Assembly (NCBI GenBank): GCA_965216465.1
Contig: CBDCFW010000006.1
Coordinates: 768,001 to 832,000, forward strand
Length of the DNA stretch: 64,000 nucleotides
Reading direction: 5' to 3'
Source: Bacteroidia bacterium
GTDB lineage: Bacteria; Bacteroidota; Bacteroidia; NS11-12g; UBA9320
Made by a program: the position numbers and the translations under genes. The notes beneath the pieces were generated by a model. That model did no database searches and was not told the origin of the DNA. It saw only the letters and a list, made by a program, of their open reading frames with translations. Below are positions 61,913 through 64,000 of the stretch, piece after piece. Each line of letters begins with the position of its first letter. Position 1 is the stretch's first letter.

Positions 61913-63086
61913 CAGCAATACCTGGCAATTCTTTACCTTCAAAGTATTCTAGTAATGCTCCACCACCGGTCGATACATAGCTCACTTCTTGAGTATAACC
62001 AAACTTTTTAACCGCAGCACTACTATCGCCACCACCGATCAAAGAAAAGGCACCATTTTTTGTAGATTCAGCAACAGCTTCTGCCACCGATTTGGTACCA
62101 TTTTCGAACGAGCTCATCTCAAACACTCCCATTGGGCCATTCCATAGAATTGTTTTAGAGTTAAGCAATACTACTTTGAATGAATCTACAGCATTTGGCC
62201 CAATATCAAGACCCATCCAACCGGCACCTATTTGGTCACTATCACAAATTGTATTGTTGGCATCGTTGCTAAAGTTATCAGCGATTACGCTGTCAACGGG
62301 AAGGTGAATTTGAACACCATTTGCCTCAGCTTGTTTAAGAATTTCGACACAGGTTTCAACTCTCTCTTCTTCAAAGAGTGAGTTACCAATATTTCCACCT
62401 TGTGCTTTTTTAAAGGTGTATGCCATCCCTCCACCAATAATAATGTGGTCAGCAATTTTCAGAAGATTTTCTATGATTAGAATCTTGTCACTAACCTTAG
62501 CACCACCTACAATTGCCGTAAAAGGACGAGCAGGATTCTTCATTAGCATCGATGCATTAGCTACCTCCTTAGCCATAAGTTCACCAAAACATTTCTCATT
62601 AAAAAATTGAGCGATGATTGATGTAGAAGCATGTGCACGGTGTGCGGTACCAAAAGCATCATTAACATATACGTCACCGTGAGCAGCTAGAGACTTAGCA
62701 AATTCAACATCACCCTTAGTTTCTTCTGTGTAGAAACGTAAGTTTTCCAACAAATGAACTTTACCCATTTCTAGGTTATTGCTCACTTCAACAGCTTCAG
62801 AACTAATACAATCAGAAGAGAATACAACTTCGGCACCCGTAATCGAAGAGAGGTGGTTGATTAGGTGTTTGAGCGAGAATTTCTCTTCCGGTCCTTGTTT
62901 AGGCCGCCCGAGGTGCGACATTAAAATCACAGCTCCTCCATCATTTAATACTTTTTTGATGGTTGGAAGTGCTGCCGTCATTCGAGAGTCGTCGGTAATC
63001 TCGAAATTATCATTCAACGGTACATTAAAGTCAACTCGTATAAGTGCTTTTTTACCGTTGAAGTTTAAAGAATTAACGGTATTCAT
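61899..63086 (-). CDS. pgk: Phosphoglycerate kinase
   Basis: RVDFNVP, SHLGRP, LENLRF, DAFGTAHRAH, GGAKVSDK, STGGGA. Confidence 0.98.
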   Translation of the reverse strand: MNTVNSLNFNGKKALIRVDFNVPLNDNFEITDDSRMTAALPTIKKVLNDGGAVILMSHLGRPKQGPEEKFSLKHLINHLSSITGAEVVFSSDCISSEAVEVSNNLEMGKVHLLENLRFYTEETKGDVEFAKSLAAHGDVYVNDAFGTAHRAHASTSIIAQFFNEKCFGELMAKEVANASMLMKNPARPFTAIVGGAKVSDKILIIENLLKIADHIIIGGGMAYTFKKAQGGNIGNSLFEEERVETCVEILKQAEANGVQIHLPVDSVIADNFSNDANNTICDSDQIGAGWMGLDIGPNAVDSFKVVLLNSKTILWNGPMGVFEMSSFENGTKSVAEAVAESTKNGAFSLIGGGDSSAAVKKFGYTQEVSYVSTGGGALLEYFEGKELPGIAAIEA

Positions 63087-63811
63087 TAGTTAAGCTCTTG
63101 GAAAGTTTTTGCTGCATCAAAATTCTCCGCTGCTTCACCTACACGAATAATTTCTACAGTTTGAATGAATACTGGTTCTGTTGGCATATCTCTTCCATCT
63201 CTATGTACTTGAGAAATTGCAACAGCTACTTCAAGTCCTTCTACCACATGTCCAAAAACGCTGTGTCGTCCATCTAAGTGAGGAGTTGGAGCAACGGTAA
63301 TAAAAAATTGGCTTCCGTTTGTACCAGGTCCTGCATTTGCCATAGATAGAATTCCTGGGGCATTGTGTCTTAGTTCTTGATGAAATTCATCTTTAAAGCT
63401 ATAACCAGGTCCGCCCATTCCCATTCCCATAGGGTCTCCACCTTGTATCATGAAATTAGGGATAACTCGGTGAAAAGTAAGACCGTCAAAGTAAGGGGTT
63501 CCTTCAGGTTTAGCATCGTTTTTAATTTTACCTTCTGCTAAACCTACAAAGCTAGCTACCGTTAAAGGAGTTTTCTCCATTTCAAGTTGAATAAGAATAC
63601 TACCCTTGCTAGTATTCATTTTGGCATATAATCCGTTTTCCATTTGGTTATTTGTTGAGTCGATTTCGATTGATGGTTCTTTTTTGGTAACAGTTTCAGT
63701 TGCCATTTCCTCAGTTTGAGTGTCTATTGCTTGAGCTGCAGCTTCTTCTTGAGTATTGTTTGAACAAGCCAGAAGAAACAGTCCTAAAATAAGAATCAAT
63801 GTTTTATCCAT
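63086..63811 (-). CDS. Cyclophilin-type peptidyl-prolyl isomerase, lipoprotein (start placed at MDKTLIL)
   Basis: Lipobox [41 protein letters not shown]. Confidence 0.93.
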   Translation of the reverse strand: MDKTLILILGLFLLACSNNTQEEAAAQAIDTQTEEMATETVTKKEPSIEIDSTNNQMENGLYAKMNTSKGSILIQLEMEKTPLTVASFVGLAEGKIKNDAKPEGTPYFDGLTFHRVIPNFMIQGGDPMGMGMGGPGYSFKDEFHQELRHNAPGILSMANAGPGTNGSQFFITVAPTPHLDGRHSVFGHVVEGLEVAVAISQVHRDGRDMPTEPVFIQTVEIIRVGEAAENFDAAKTFQELN

Positions 63812-64000
63812 TATATATAAAATTAATGGGTGCAAAAGTAAAATTTTAAAGGGAAGATGAGAAAACTGTGCTTCTAATATCCATTTTAGAAGATGGCATT
63901 AGATACACAAAAAAAAAGTTTTCATAGTCAATTTAGTAGTTACTAAAATTTTAGAGGGGGTTTCAGATAATCAATGAATCAAATTTAACCTCATAAACCC

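Noticed and set aside
1-64000. CRISPR arrays, tRNA/rRNA genes, integron attC arrays, prophage genes
   Set aside because: No regularly spaced repeats, cloverleafs or phage/integrase motifs seen by eye; intergenic gaps are mostly too short. tRNAscan-SE and Infernal would be needed to exclude small RNAs.

Overview
A 64-kb AT-rich bacterial chromosome segment, almost certainly from the phylum Bacteroidota. The evidence is TAnnTTTG-type -7 promoter boxes, T9SS type A and type B sorting domains, DUF1573/DUF5686/DUF4197 genes, a MurF-Alr fusion and a Rho with an N-terminal insertion. Most genes are housekeeping (guaB, thiN, glyA, purS, pssA, nbaC/ACMSD, tatA, gatA, tadA, ald, meaB, alr, recX, methylmalonyl-CoA mutase, thyA, PDH E2, rho, tilS, pgk). 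I saw no rRNA, tRNA, CRISPR array, transposase or integrase. The most striking structure is a ~5.9-kb integrase-less island (41675-47604) flanked by the 8-bp direct repeat GTATTGAA. Removing it in silico recreates a GGTTCTC-N9-GAGAACC palindromic site and restores the missing C-terminus of a secreted protein made of three GldM-C-like repeats. The island is built from 'Crp/Fnr gene - palindrome right after its stop - 22/23 nt - -7 box - target gene' modules, and the palindrome sequence tracks the regulator's recognition helix. Other notable items are a single-chain methylmalonyl-CoA mutase with a minimised beta subunit, an MltD-like protein lacking its catalytic motifs, three sigma-54-like promoters, a duplicated DUF1573 transcription unit, two T9SS paralogues with different sorting signals and an uncalled 54-aa ORF. 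All family assignments come from visual motif recognition; no database search was run.
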